Positions 1 to 12,175 of a stretch of 64,000 nt of DNA are shown in pieces; the stretch's first letter is position 1, and every line of letters starts with the position of its first letter. A program made the position numbers and the translations under genes. Where the stretch lies: positions 359,290,001 through 359,354,000 of the forward strand of contig OZ024743.1 in assembly GCA_964016885.1 (NCBI GenBank), written 5' to 3'. This DNA comes from Eledone cirrhosa. Its lineage: Eukaryota. The notes under the pieces are model-generated. The model had not been told where the DNA came from, made no database searches, and saw only the letters and a list, made by a program, of their open reading frames with translations.

Positions 1-37
1 AAAAGATTACTTCACGAAACAGAGAATTGAGCGTATT

Positions 38-182
38 AGTGGAGTCGTTAGAACGTCGGATGGTATGCCTTGCAGTATTCGTTTCGGCTCTGCCTTCTGA
101 GTTCAACTCCCAAGTAGGTAAACTTTGCCTTTCATCCTTTCGAGATCTATAAATAAAGTACCAATTCAGTACTGAGGTCGAT
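38..182 (+). mobile_element. tRNA-derived SINE remnant
   Basis: B-box-like GAGTTCAACTCC followed by CTTTGCCTTTCATCCTTTCG...AATAAAGTACCA...GTACTGAGGTCGAT, the same core as the minus-strand copies at 4105-7060, 46685 and 48932. Confidence 0.7.
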
Positions 183-494
183 CCTTCTCTCTCAGTTTTT
201 TCTCTTTCTTTGACAGAAATTAGGTGCAGCTAAACGTGGAGAGGGATGAGATTTAACAGGTTCGAAAGGTCCAAGTCACGACGGTACCCCTAAGACTACA
301 TTAGAGATTATGAAATTAGTGTTCAGTGAATTGATGCATAAGTTCAAAATCAGATATTACTCATAAATAAGAAATTCATTAAATATGTAACCAATTAATA
401 AGAGTCAGTAGGTGTAGATGATGCATAAGTATTTGGAAAAATTGTCACACACACACAGACACACACACACACACACATACATACATACATACAT

Positions 495-1012
495 GATGGC
501 TGCAAACTCTGCTAAGAGTATTCCAATCGATTGTCAGATTATAGAGTTTGGTGCAATTTTAGGCTACCGCCAGCCACACAATCCTGTAACATATCCTGAA
601 CAAGCAACGCCTGTGATTTGAAGGTGTTTTAAGTGGGGAAAGGCCTTGCACTCGACACCAATCCCACTCTCTGAGTATCGAAAACACTACCCGAAAAGGA
701 GAACTGGTCAACATATCGGATGCTTCCGAAGCCGCGGGTCCTTTTTCAGAGTTTCCCTCTCTTAGAAAGGTGTTGTGACAACAACTGGGGGCCTTTCACT
801 CCCAGGTGGAAAAGAAGTACTATCTGGATACCCGTTGACTCTGCTGAGTTTCTCCGCCCTCTGCCAGTCTTGTATTTCCTCCCGTAGGGTGTCAAAATAT
901 CACCCTCCTCACCAAACAAGCTTGGTGGGGTTGCCGGTTTAGTCGCCGACAACCCGACTATGAAACAGGTTGTACTGGGTTACATGTTAATTGTAGCACT
1001 CGAGAACGACAT
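495..1012 (-). mobile_element. Non-autonomous RTE-derived element (divergent subfamily)
   Basis: Head (CAGTACAACCTGTTTCATAGTCGGG...GGCGACTAAAC...TTGGTGAGGAGGGTGA) matches the head of 19463-20065. It ends in GCAGCCATCAT(GTAT)n and is flanked by (CATA)n. Confidence 0.7.
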
Positions 1013-1096
1013 GACACATACATACATACATACATACATACATACATACATACATACATACATACATACATACATACAAACATACATACATACATC

Positions 1097-2375
1097 CGAG
1101 CAGTGGATGTTGGAACTCGAAAAATACTAAACAACACCGCAAACTTCCACATCAAGTGACATAGACCATCTTTACTTGAAACGTAAGCAGGGAGGTAGAG
1201 GCCTAACATCAGTCCAGACAGCATTTGAATGTCGCATCATATCTCTCCGATAACATCTACGAAGCTCGAAGCTTAGGAGCCCGTCTCTCGAGCAAGTCTA
1301 TCTGCAGATAAGATCATGAGAGTTGGGAAGGAACTCCTCGAGAGATATTCCCTGTGTGATAATCAAAAACTCACACCCAGGGAAGTCGCTCAGCAATATC
1401 GCAGTGAATCTATGGATGAAAAACTGCATGTTTATCAGCAAAAAATCATGCATGGATATGTTGCCAGGAAGCTCCAGAGTGAGAGTAATATAGATAAGGA
1501 AAGTAGTCTATCTTGGACCAACAACCGTTATATTGGCTCCCACTTTGAAGGATACGCTTTTGCAATCCAAGAACAGGAGATTAACACGAAATACCTGATT
1601 CACAAAAGAGATAGGAATGCAGGTACTATGTACCTATGAGGCATGATGTAGTGGCCAAAACACTGTACAATACAGTTCGTAAAAAAGATAGCCCGATAAT
1701 AAACACATTAAAAGCTACAACAATGTGGAAGACATCCTCGTACATAATATGAAAGATTACTGGTGGAATGTTCCAGTAAAAACCCCAATAAAATGCAGGC
1801 ATAACAGACCAGATATTATGATATGGGACAGGGAGAAGAAATCATGCACAGTAGTGGAAATTAGCTGCCCAGTAGATGCCAATATAATATCAAAGATTAG
1901 CGAAAAGGAGAATATTTATGCAGAACTGATGAGAAATCTGCAGATACTCCACCCTGATTACACCTTCAGATTTATGCCTGTGATTATTGGGGCACTGGGA
2001 TATGTTAGTAACTGCCTCAATACAGATCTTGAGAAGCTAGGCTTCACAGGAACAGAAAGAACACAACTAGTTAGGAAATTACAAGTACAATCCATTAATG
2101 GAACAGTAAAAATATGTAAAACATTCCAAAAATTTTGCATCTACTAACTGCATATACACATATACAGATACAAAGCATATAACACATGCACACATACAAC
2201 TCAAAACATCCACATCCACACATACAATAACATCCATATAAACACATGCATGCATACATACATATCTACCTAGTTGATGTTGTGTAAATTCCACTGAGAG
2301 AGTCTTGTGTCTATGTTAGAAACCGACCCTCTCTCTATAAGGAAAAAAATTGTGAAATTATAAAACCAAAAGAAC
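1097..2375 (+). mobile_element. R4/Dong-clade non-LTR retrotransposon, 5'-truncated and degenerate
   Basis: Frameshifted ORF pieces EGYAFAIQEQEINTKY and RHDVVAK, plus a restriction-like endonuclease (NRPDIMIWD..VVEISCP..KENIY..PVIIGALG; ORF 1725-2147). Flanked on both sides by (CATA)n. Confidence 0.88.
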
Positions 2376-3259
2376 ATACATACATACATACATACATAAT
2401 TACCTATAATTTGGAAGTGCCTTGTTCATGAGTTAAAACCGGTTCTCGCTCCCTATCAGTAAGAAATTGAAAAGCATACAAATATACAAAAAAGCAACAA
2501 AAAAACCCTCCAAAAAAACCATGTGTTAATATAAGGCACATAAAGTTAATTCAAGAGAATAATGCAATAAAATAACTAAAACAAAATAATCATTTCTTTT
2601 GATTTTTCAGCCTAGTAGATACAATTGATTAAAGCCTTCCCGGAAATCCGAGAACCTGCCGTAGAAATCAATATAATCATATTTCTTACAATGTAATACA
2701 ATAGAAAAAGAAAAGACGACCGATATATATCTAGCTGACGAAACGGCCGGATCTCAGCCGTCGGGGTCCTGAATCTTTTCATATATCTATATGATATATA
2801 TATATATCTATATAATATACATATCTATATAATATATATATCTATATAATATCTATATCTATATAATAGTAATAATAATAAAATTGAAGACTAAAATCCA
2901 AAGAGGGCTCGATAAGGAAAATATATATCAAATATATAAGAACCGTAGAGCAAATATTTATTAAATATCTATATAATATATATATCTATATAATATATAC
3001 TTGCTATTTCAAATTTACACTTTATTAATATTGTTTAATTTCCTCATATGTTAGATTATATAAAGTGTTTAAACAAACATTAGTATATTAGACTTTGAAA
3101 ACGACATCCTATTAATCCTTGCATTTTATTTCACAGTAAAAGTATTGATGTCAATTGTTTATTCTTAGATATTGGTTTAGTATTATATGAAATATTCTTA
3201 ATGAATAAAATATACAAAACTATTTATTATAGTGATTATAATACATTGAATGCACTCGA

Positions 3260-3620
3260 GGTGGAGCGCCAACATCTTCGCTAACGCCTTGGAGTTATGA
3301 GAGTGAAATTATCTAGTGTCCTCCTTGTTTTCCTCTTTCCTCATCAGCTTCACTACGGCCAGGCACACAGAATTGGGAATGCCCCTGTTCTGCTGCCAGT
3401 TTCAGTAGACCGCTTTGCAGAGATCGGAGAACGAGTCTGGCATATGTACGTAAAACTCATAGGGCAGACCACCCAAACCGGGTGACTTGCGCTTCGTGCA
3501 GCCGACCAGGACATTTCAGCTGATGATATCGGTCTTTCGCAGAACTGAGCAGCAGGTGGCGAGAGTCACAGCAGACAGGCGGGGCAGGAACTGAAATCCA
3601 CCACCATCTCCACACCCGCT
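3260..3620 (-). mobile_element. Tx1/L1-clade ORF2 internal fragment
   Basis: Reverse complement aligns by eye with 35100-35440 of the Tx1 element (GLPYEFY..MPD..VY.NWQQN..IP..RKEENK). Confidence 0.7.
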
Positions 3621-3629
3621 ACCCCCGAA

Positions 3630-4095
3630 CAGCCGAACAAATTCAATGGGCACAGATACAACGTCAGGCACAATAACAGTAGTTCGACAGAACTTACCGA
3701 ATATTTTGCATCAAACGGCTGCAATTTTGAAAAAGACTTGAAAGTGCATATTATCTGAAAATATTCTGAATCTGCTACACTTTCGGAACTCAAAATACAT
3801 GAGGAGAGATATGTTTGCGGGTTATTAGCATCACGCCCTGGAGGAATGAACAAAATGACAGGAGAATTTCATCATATTTACACAAAATTGTTTGATTAAA
3901 TATTCTTCTTTTTCCTTTTCTTTTTTCTTTTCTTTTCTTTTTTTTCCTCGTGGGGCACAGGTTGACCTCGTTCATATTTTGGATTTGAATTTCTATAATT
4001 TTGAATTTTTATCACTTTTCATTTTGAACTCGACAAAGACAGACTAGCTGTCGAAATATCGTTCAACCAATCTGTTGCAATCGCATCGCGCTCTT
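3630..4095 (+). mobile_element. Penelope-like element 3' end (GIY-YIG C-terminus plus 3' terminal region)
   Basis: Translates as FNGHRYNVRH..ELTEYFASNGCNFEKDLKVHII*..ELKIHEERYVCGL..GGMN, followed by a degenerate minimal HHR at 4024-4066. Confidence 0.65.
4024..4066 (+). ncRNA. Degenerate minimal hammerhead ribozyme
   Basis: TTGAAC-TCGACAA-AGACAGactagCTGTC-GAAA-TA-TC-GTTCAA. Stem I is 6 bp, but the core box is non-canonical. Confidence 0.45.
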
Positions 4096-4104
4096 CGTAT
4101 TGTC

Positions 4105-4270
4105 TAATAATAATAATAATTGTTTCTACTTTAGGCACACGGCCAGCAATTACCCAGTGCATTACTGGTACTTTATTTTATCGACCCCATAAAGATGAAA
4201 GGCAAAGTCAACCTCGGCTGGATTTGAACTCAGATTGTAAAGGGACATAACTCTATACTGCAAAGCATGG
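4105..4270 (-). mobile_element. tRNA-derived SINE
   Basis: CTGGTACTTTATTTTATCGACCCC..GATGAAAGGCAAAGTCAACCTCGGC..ATTTGAACTCAG, same family as 6185-6848. Confidence 0.75.
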
Positions 4271-4394
4271 TTGGCAAGAAACTCAGCAGATGGTCTTCAG
4301 ATGACGAATCCTCATACTTAACACTTTGCAAAAGTCCGAGAGATCAATTACGTATTCTGGATGTTTGTTTACATTTAAAAGCTGTGATTCAGCT

Positions 4395-4640
4395 ATCTAA
4401 TTTAGATTAATGGTTCAAAGCACCAAGCCGGTATTTGGGAGATACGGTGTTCAATTCCTTGTAGTGGCCGATGACAATTTCTTTTTCCGTCTTTAGAATA
4501 CATATATTATTTATTAGGGTTAAGTGGTGATTATTGTTGCTTTGGAGTTTTACCTGTGTATTCACAGGTTATCTGATGATCCTTTGAATGTATAGGTAAC
4601 ACTTCAGGGTAATAACACTCATCACCAAGCCATAATAATA
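4395..4640 (+). mobile_element. Short element with tRNA-like head and degenerate hammerhead
   Basis: TGGTTCAAAGCACC..GTGTTCAATTCC (A/B-box-like), then GTTAT-CTGATGA-TCCT..AGGT-AACA-CTTCAGGG-TA-ATAAC at 4568-4616. Confidence 0.45.
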
Positions 4641-4714
4641 ATATACAAACTCTACTTGTGTTTGAGTGCTCATTCTCACATTCATCCGTCAACACCAACA
4701 TTATATATATATAT

Positions 4715-5085
4715 ATTAATATTAATAAATGGAAAATATCTTGATAAAACCATATTTATTTTATTATACGTATTTCAAGTACACAAAATTTTAGTGTGCT
4801 TTCATCTGATAAAAAATAATATTTGGTGTTAAGATATAGACATAACTTAGCGTAGACTTAATAGTATAAGCTAGCTAACATTCAAAGGTGAGGTAAACAT
4901 TCAAAATCGCAAGAGGTATAGGTTAACAAGGATACATTAAAACAGAAAAGGACCGTTATTATAGATGCTAGAAAACTTTTGAAAAATAGCGTATTAATAC
5001 TGGTCGTGAGTTTACGCTAAGGTATGTCTATATCTTAACACCAAATATTATACTTTATCTGATGAAAGCACACTAAAATTTTACT
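4715..5085. mobile_element. Fold-back non-autonomous PLE derivative with HHR-bearing arms
   Basis: About 75-bp inverted arms at 4786-4860 and 5009-5082. The minus strand has CAGATGA-AAGCACAC..GTGTACTT-GAAA-TACGTA-TA and the plus arm has a truncated CTGATGA-AAGCACAC. Flanked by TA repeats. Confidence 0.7.
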
Positions 5086-5150
5086 ATATAATTTCCAGAA
5101 ATAGCGTAGAAACGACTTGAGCTCTGCCGTCGGGGTCTTGAACATTTTCC

Positions 5151-5181
<31 letters not shown>

Positions 5182-5290
5182 TATTATATAGTAAACATAC
5201 AAGTGTCTTGCTACGGATATTTTAAGCTGTGATCATTTTCCAGCTATCTCTCATGAAATACCGGCTAGTGATGCTCATTTGCATATATGG

Positions 5291-5571
5291 CCGGTTAGGA
5301 TTATTTACCAATTAATCAGTAGGGTGTCGTTTAAGAGAGATTTGACTGCTATATCCCAGCTTATATAAATACGTACCTGTTAACTACTGGTTGTCAGGAC
5401 AAAGGGAGCAGCTCTATAATCGTCTATATTTCCGGTTAGGATTACTTACCAATTAATCAGTAGGGTGTCGTCTCAGAGAGATTTGACTGCTATATCCCAG
5501 CTTATATAAATACGTACCTGTTAACTACTGGTTGTCAGGACAAAGGGAGCAGCTCCATAATCCTCTATATT
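5291..5571. repeat. Tandem duplication of about 140 bp
   Basis: CCGGTTAGGATTA...CTATATTT occurs twice head to tail and the copies are nearly identical. Confidence 0.9.
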
Positions 5572-5954
5572 TCTCTTCACCACAAAAATATGTGGACCTG
5601 TACTTATGGTAGAAATCTATATTTCAATTTCCTGTAAAATTCATAACATTTCCTGATAAAGCCAGGGGAATGCCAAATGCAAAATTTATAACTACCGTTT
5701 GATGTAGCGGTTGTTTATTTGAAAAACATAACACACCAATAAACATTAGCACAGCAGGCAGTAGTATAGAAATATAAATTGTTTCATTTACTGAAAGAAG
5801 AGAGAGCGAGAGGGGGTGCGATAATGTGTGTGTGGGAGAGAATGAGAGAGAGAAAGCCGGTAATAACACGTTGATTCGAAGAAATGTGTTACCGTCATAT
5901 GCATTGCATTAGTCTAGGAAATCTTTTATTGTTTTTCCCCCATTTCTGTTGAAT

Positions 5955-7060
5955 ATTATTGATTTCTAACACAGACACGAGGCCTCAAGTTTGAATGGGA
6001 GTATAGTTGAGTATATTGACTTCAGTACTAGACTTGTACTTTATTTTATCGGGCAAAGAAAAGCAAAATTAATTTGAATAAAAAACGGCAGTATTTGAAC
6101 TCAGAACGTAAAGAGCGGAAACAAATACCAGAAAACATTTTTTCGATGCTATAACGAACCTGCCAATTCAACGCCATTTTCTATAGAATAATATTGGTTT
6201 CTGTTTTAGGCACAAGGTCAACAATTTTTGGGGAGGGGAAAGTCAACTAAATTGATGTCAGTGCATTACTGGTACTTTATTTTATAGACCCCGTAAGGAT
6301 GAAAGGCAAAGCTAACCTCGGCAGGATTTGAACTCAGATCATAAAGGGCCACAACTCTATGCCATAAAGCATGATCTCCTATGTACTGCCGATACTGTCA
6401 ATCCACCGCCCTTTCCTATAGAATAATATTGATTTCTACTATAGGCACAAAGCCAGCAATTTTGAGGGAGGGGTAAGTCGATTAAATGGACCCCAGTGCA
6501 TTACTGGTGCTTTATTTTATCGACCCCGTAAGGATGAAAAGCAAAGTTAACCTCGGCGGGATTTGAACTCAGATCGTAAAGGACCGCAACTCTATGCGAT
6601 AAAGCATGGTGTCCACGTACTACCGATACAGCCAATCCACTGCTCTTTTCTATAGAATAATATTGTTTCTACTTTTGGCACAAGGCCAGCAATTACCCAT
6701 GTATTACTGGTACTTTATTTTATCGACTCCGTAAGGATGAAAGGCAAAGTTAACCTCGGCGGGATTTGAACTCAGATCCTAAAAGGACGTAACTCTATGC
6801 TTCAAAGCATGGTGTCCGACTCTCTACCGATACTGCCAATCCACCGCAGAATAATATTGATTTGTAATATAAGTAGAAGGCATAAAATTAGCGGGGTGGG
6901 TATTGGGGATTATATTTAACCGGCACTCTATTTTGTCAATCCCGGAAAGATGAAGAGCAAAGTAATAGAGAAAATTTGAACTCAGAAAGTAAATGATCTA
7001 ACTAAATCTACTGTAAGTAACTTTGTACATTGTTCTCCCTAATCTATTACTCAACTACCT
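5955..7060 (-). mobile_element. Array of five head-to-tail tRNA-derived SINEs
   Basis: ATTTGAACTCAGA recurs at about 6093, 6326, 6561, 6764 and 6974. The three central units (about 200-240 bp) are closely similar. Confidence 0.85.
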
Positions 7061-7097
7061 TCGCTCTATCGATTCAGCGACCCTAGTAACACTATTA

Positions 7098-7700
7098 TGA
7101 CTAAAAACAAAACCTGTCAAAGGGCAAAGGAGCTCTTAAGAGTCAATGGCCATCCAAAATCACCGGGAGAGATGACCCCTTAGCCTTTGTCAAGGCAGAA
7201 TTCTAGAAGAAGGAAAACTCTGATATAACACCTGCAACCCTCATGGTATCCAATGATGTTGACTTGTTCTTCTTTTTGTTAAATATCATCTTGGTTAAGA
7301 GAGTGGGACTGGCTTTGTGCAGTGCCTTTGCTCACTATAAAAGCTTCACGGCACAGGCATTGCTTTATATCTGGAGATCTCTCCGCACTTGTCGTCACAT
7401 GGTACCATGGGCCTAGCACTATGTGTCAATAATTGTCACAGGTGTAGTGTTTGTACCAGAGTTTTCAAGTCGCTGGCTGGACTAAAAAGTCACACTCGTT
7501 TAGCGCATCGGTAGGAGTTCTCCTATATGGATATAAAGTAGTGGCCGTACTCGAAAACGAGTTGGCAGCCACCATGTATGTATGTATGTATGTATGTATG
7601 TATGTATGTATGTATGTATGTATGTATGTATGTATGTATGTATGTATGTATGTATGTATGTATGTGTGCGTATGTATGTATGTATGTAAGTATGTATGTA
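7098..7700 (+). mobile_element. Non-autonomous RTE-derived element with (TATG)n tail
   Basis: Near-identical to 42612-43154 and to the reverse of 19463-20065 and 59934-60338. Its last ~180 bp match the 3' end of the RTE LINE at 42373-42554. Confidence 0.9.
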
Positions 7701-8565
7701 TGTATGTAAGCATGTGTATGTGCATGTATATTTTGTGTGTGTGTGTCAATTATTCCTAGCTGTCTGTTACGTGATTATTGTCTTTCGTTGTTTGACGATC
7801 CATTCACGAATGCATTAACTGTAGCTTGTCTATCTGCATTATGATTAAGATATACACAAGTGTTGCCAGAATCACGCTTAATATTCCAATTTCTCTTAGC
7901 AGACGATAATTGTTACGCCTGCTTCTTCTGACAAGACAAACTGTAGGAGAATAAAAAGACGACCTTAAACACTCTAGGGCCATTTTATTCAACCAAACAT
8001 ATACTTACGCAAACAAATCCATATTCAGAAACTCATCTTGTATGCATAATACGTTAAGGTGATGATAAAGTTGCAAATGAAATAGAGAAATGTAAGCAAA
8101 GATAAACTGAAATGGAATGATAGATACCTTGAAATGTAAAGGTAGAGAAATAAGGGACAGGAGTAAAAAGAAAAAAAATCATAGGAAGATAGAGAAAAAT
8201 GTAGAAGGCAAGCAAAGAATGAATGAGAAAGAAAACCTATCTAACTATATCTCTCTTTCTCTCTCACTCTCTCCGGAGATGTTGTATGTTGTATGTGATG
8301 TATATTGTATGGTATACATTATGTGTTGCATGTAATGTCTACGCGAAGGTCCAGGTCAGTCAAACATTTTTCCTGAGTTCAGTTTTTTTCGTCGCTATCG
8401 TCTCTGCGGCCCGTCTATCGGCCGGTGTATTTGATTTGCAAAGCTGTCTAAACATAATGTTATAACTTTGGGGTAATATTCTCCGTTGAGTGCTTAGCTG
8501 CTCACCGAAACTGCATTCGTTAGCTTGGCTGCTACCAAAAGCTTCGTTGATGCTGTACTAAAATT

Positions 8566-8614
<49 letters not shown>

Positions 8615-8656
8615 AAATGCGAGGAAATATATATACATGCATACATACATACACAC

Positions 8657-8720
<64 letters not shown>

Positions 8721-8769
8721 ATAATAATAAATTTGAAGACTAAAATCCAAAGAGGGATCGATAAGGATA

Positions 8770-9665
8770 AATATATATCAAATATATAAGAACCGTAGAG
8801 CAAATATATATCAAATATATAAGAACCGTAGAGCAAATATATATCAAATATATAAGAAGCGTAGAGCAAATATATATCAAATTTATAAGAACCGTAGAGC
8901 AAATATATATCAAATATATAAGAAGCGTAGAGCAAATATATATCAAATATATAAGAACCGTAGAGCAAATATATATCAAATTTATAAGAACCGTAGAGCA
9001 AATATATATCAAATATATAAGAAGCGTAGAGCAAATATATATCAAATATATAAGAAGCGTAAAGCAAATATATATCAAATTTATAAGAACCGTAGAGCAA
9101 ATATATATCAAATATATAAGAAGCGTAGAGCAAATATATATCAAATATATAAGAACCGTAGAGCAAATATATATCAAATATATAAGAACCGTAGAGCAAA
9201 TATATATCAAATTTATAAGAACCGTAGAGCAAATATATATCAAATATATAAGAAGCGTAGAGCAAATATATATCAAATATATAAGAAGCGTAGAGCAAAT
9301 ATATATCAAATTTATAAGAACCGTAGAGCAAATATATATCAAATATATAAGAAGCGTAGAGCAAATATATATCAAATATATAAGAACCGTAGAGCAAATA
9401 TATATCAAATATATAAGAACCGTAGAGCAAATATATATCAAATTTATAAGAACCGTAGAGCAAATATATATCAAATATATAAGAAGCGTAGAGCAAATAT
9501 ATATCAAATTTATAAGAACCGTAGAGCAAATATATATCAAATATATAAGAACGGTAGAGCAAATATATATCAAATATATAAGAACCGTAGAGCAAATATA
9601 TATCAAATATATAAGAACCGTAGAGCAAATATATATAAAATATATAAGAAGCGTAGAGCAAATAT
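8770..9665. repeat. 33-bp minisatellite, 27 units
   Basis: Unit ATATATATCAAATATATAAGAACCGTAGAGCAA with three recurring variants. It produces the spurious [11 protein letters not shown]-repeat ORF. Confidence 0.97.
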
Positions 9666-9807
9666 TTATTAAAATAACAGATTTGGGCCATCTTTTCATA
9701 TATATATATAAACAATGAGTTATATATATATAGTTGTATGGTTGCAAGAAAATTGCATCCGTAGGCGGTATGCCGGTTGAGCACTCGAAGCTCGCGCAGA
9801 GCAGAGT

Positions 9808-10086
9808 ATAATACTATAAGGATAAGGAACAAGGATTCAGAGTTGCATCATAACATATTTAATAACATATTACATATGTTTCACTGTCGATCAGCTCGAG
9901 GAAAGACCACATAAAATCGAAGACGAAATCATATACCAAGCATATCTGACGATCTTTCGATTACAGAGTCAGGTTCGATCTATAATAGGTCTTGCCTCGA
10001 ACTGATCGATAGTGAAACATATGTGATATGTTATTAAATATGTTATGACGCAACATTGAATCCTTGTTCCTTATCCTCATAGTATA
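9808..10086. mobile_element. Fold-back non-autonomous PLE derivative
   Basis: About 98-bp inverted arms at 9811-9908 and 9988-10085. Ends in (TA)n and contains an HHR. Confidence 0.75.
9939..10032 (+). ncRNA. Type I hammerhead with 61-nt helix II (GUG triplet, probably inactive in this copy)
   Basis: AGCATAT-CTGACGA(9946)-61-nt hairpin-GAAA(10014)-CATATG-TG-ATATGTT. The inverted arm preserves GUA at the cleavage triplet. Confidence 0.75.
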
Positions 10087-10254
10087 TATATATATATACA
10101 CAATGTACGTATGTGTGTGTGCGTGTGTGTGTATGTGTTGTGGACATTTGGGCCATGTTTTCAAGTTTGTGTATAACTTCCCCCACTTCAGCCCATAAAT
10201 CACGGGGGCATTGAAAAGAGTTTATAGGTGCTATCCTTCCTCCTCTGACTTGGC

Positions 10255-10315
<61 letters not shown>

Positions 10316-10990
10316 TGTGTTTTTCCTTTTCCTTTAGTTTTGTTTCCATTTCTTGCCCGGTGTCTTCCCGACACTCAACACAGAGAAACTCACTGCATAC
10401 ATAATCCATTAAATAAACCCACCAGATTGTTAACGTCATGCACTTTACACAGTTACAACTATATAGTTTCTCTGTTTAAAATAATCATATTTCCAACAGA
10501 ATGATATTTAACCATATTAGAATGCTCAATTATTTACAAAGTACATAATTATGAAATATAATCTAATAAAGTTATGTAAAAAAAATTACATAGATGATTA
10601 TATTTCTCACAGCGATAATGCTCTTTTCAATGCGTGTGCTGTACCAGTTAAAACAATTTTTTGCACTTCTTGCACTGAAGTTAAGCTAAGTATCATTCTG
10701 AAATAATTTCTGTTCCTTTTTTTATCATTCCTAGTGCTCCCACAAACACCAGTTTTGTAATCGCCTTCAGATGCTATATTTTTTCAATTTCAATGAACAG
10801 ATATTTATATTTTCTGACCCTGTTAAATTCATTTGCCACAATATTGTGTTCACATAGGATGCTCTTATCAATCAATAAACGTACTTTTTTATTTTAGTCG
10901 TTTACGTTTTCTCCCTCAGTTACATCCTCAGCGAGATGCTTATATCAGCAATTTTGATTTTATAATGCTGACATATTAACTAGTGTAGAA
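10255..10990 (-). mobile_element. R4/Dong-clade 3' fragment with (TAA)n tail, highly degenerate
   Basis: Reverse strand reads KYKYLFIEIEKI*HLKAITKLVFVGALGMIKK (endonuclease C-terminus) and ends in about 20 TAA units at 10255-10315. Confidence 0.65.
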
Positions 10991-11506
10991 ATTGGCCAAC
11001 TCTGCCCTGTCTAGATTTATACTCTACAGGTACTAACATTTCACGACTAGAGATTAAGTGGTCGACTGTTTCTATCACATCATTACGGAATCGTTAGTTT
11101 GGATCTACTCCATTTCTCATCATATTAGTTTGATAGTTTTGAGTTAATAAGCTTTAATCTTGGGTAGCTATGATGAAATCTTTATTCACTGCCTTTAACT
11201 CTGAGCTACATAGTCACCGAAACAACAGTTGCTACAGTTTCCTCGGACTGTCCAGCCTAGATATTTATCATGAGATCAGTAGCAAATTCTTTGTTCTTTT
11301 TTAAGATCATGCTTTTCAACGCGTTTCAGCACCCAGTCGTTTGTTGCTTAAATATATTTGGCCAGTCCAATTGTGGTGGTTTTGCATGACAGTTTAAACT
11401 GAGTCAAGCCTTGAGTTCTGGGAAGGTAAAGACGTGTCACAGCTGTCTTTGGGTGGTGCATCCTATTACAAGGCAGCAACTTACGATTTTTTGTCCCCAT
11501 TCTCTT

Positions 11507-12175
11507 TACGAGGGTGGGCTAACACGTTCATAGGTTGACCAAGATAATCTCATGGAATGTTATCAAAGAGGTTTAATTTTCGATATAGTCCCCTTGCGGT
11601 CCACACACTTCTATCGGTGTTGCAGTGCATGGATCCAATTGGTGAAGAAGCTTTCATCCTGTTGGTCAAATAAGTCATCAACAGCAGATATTACGCCACC
11701 ATCACTGCAATACTGGTTCACAGCCAAGTGTTTTTTCATGCTGGGAAACATGATAGTCACATGTGGTAACATCAGGAGAAAAAGGAGGATGATCAAACGC
11801 TTCTATGCCACAGTCACGCGCAGCAACTACTGAAACCAAGGACTGGTGTGCTGGAGCACTGTCCTCATAATACCAAACTCCTTTCGTCAGTTTTCCTGGA
11901 CGTTTGGTCTTGGTAGCCTTTTCTAACTTCCTCAGCAACTTGGCATAGTACTGACCATAGATGGTGTCTCCCTTTTGAAGATAGTCAATATGCACAATAC
12001 CGTTTGCATCCCCCAAAACTGAGGTCATCACCTTCCCTGCAGATGAAACGATTTTGGCATTCTTTGAGTGTTTACATTGCATGGATTGTCTCTTTGTCTC
12101 TGGCTCAAAGTGATGAACCCAACACTCATTCTGGGTTAGGAAACACTCAACGAAACCATCTTGATCTACCTCAAA
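11507..12175 (-). mobile_element. Mariner-family DNA transposon remnant (frameshifted transposase, one terminus)
   Basis: WVHHFEPETKRQSMQ..SAGKVM..YEDSAPAH..HPPFSPDVTTCDYH/MFPSMKKHL, and a TIR-like TACGAGGGT at about 11508. Confidence 0.88.

Noticed and set aside
5624-5790. Minus-strand acceptor CTCTCTTCTTTCAG followed by a hydrophobic frame
   Set aside because: The pyrimidine tract is part of a (CT)n repeat, and joining to the GTAAGT donor at about 8008 gives no long frame.
7804-7992. 62-aa ORF with basic stretch plus hydrophobic segment (type II membrane-like)
   Set aside because: No convincing phase-compatible splice partner or recognisable homology. It could be chance in AT-rich DNA.
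8490-8530. GAAA-CTGCAT-TC as the 3' half of an HHR
   Set aside because: No matching CUGANGA/UUGANAA box or stem I was found upstream.
8770-9665. CRISPR-like periodicity (33-bp array; also the 32-bp array at 50466)
   Set aside because: Units are contiguous with no unique spacers, there are no cas genes, and the context is eukaryotic.
8558-9832. 424-aa and 335-aa ORFs with 11-aa repeats
   Set aside because: They are translations of the 33-bp minisatellite and TA repeats, open in two frames, with no coding signature.
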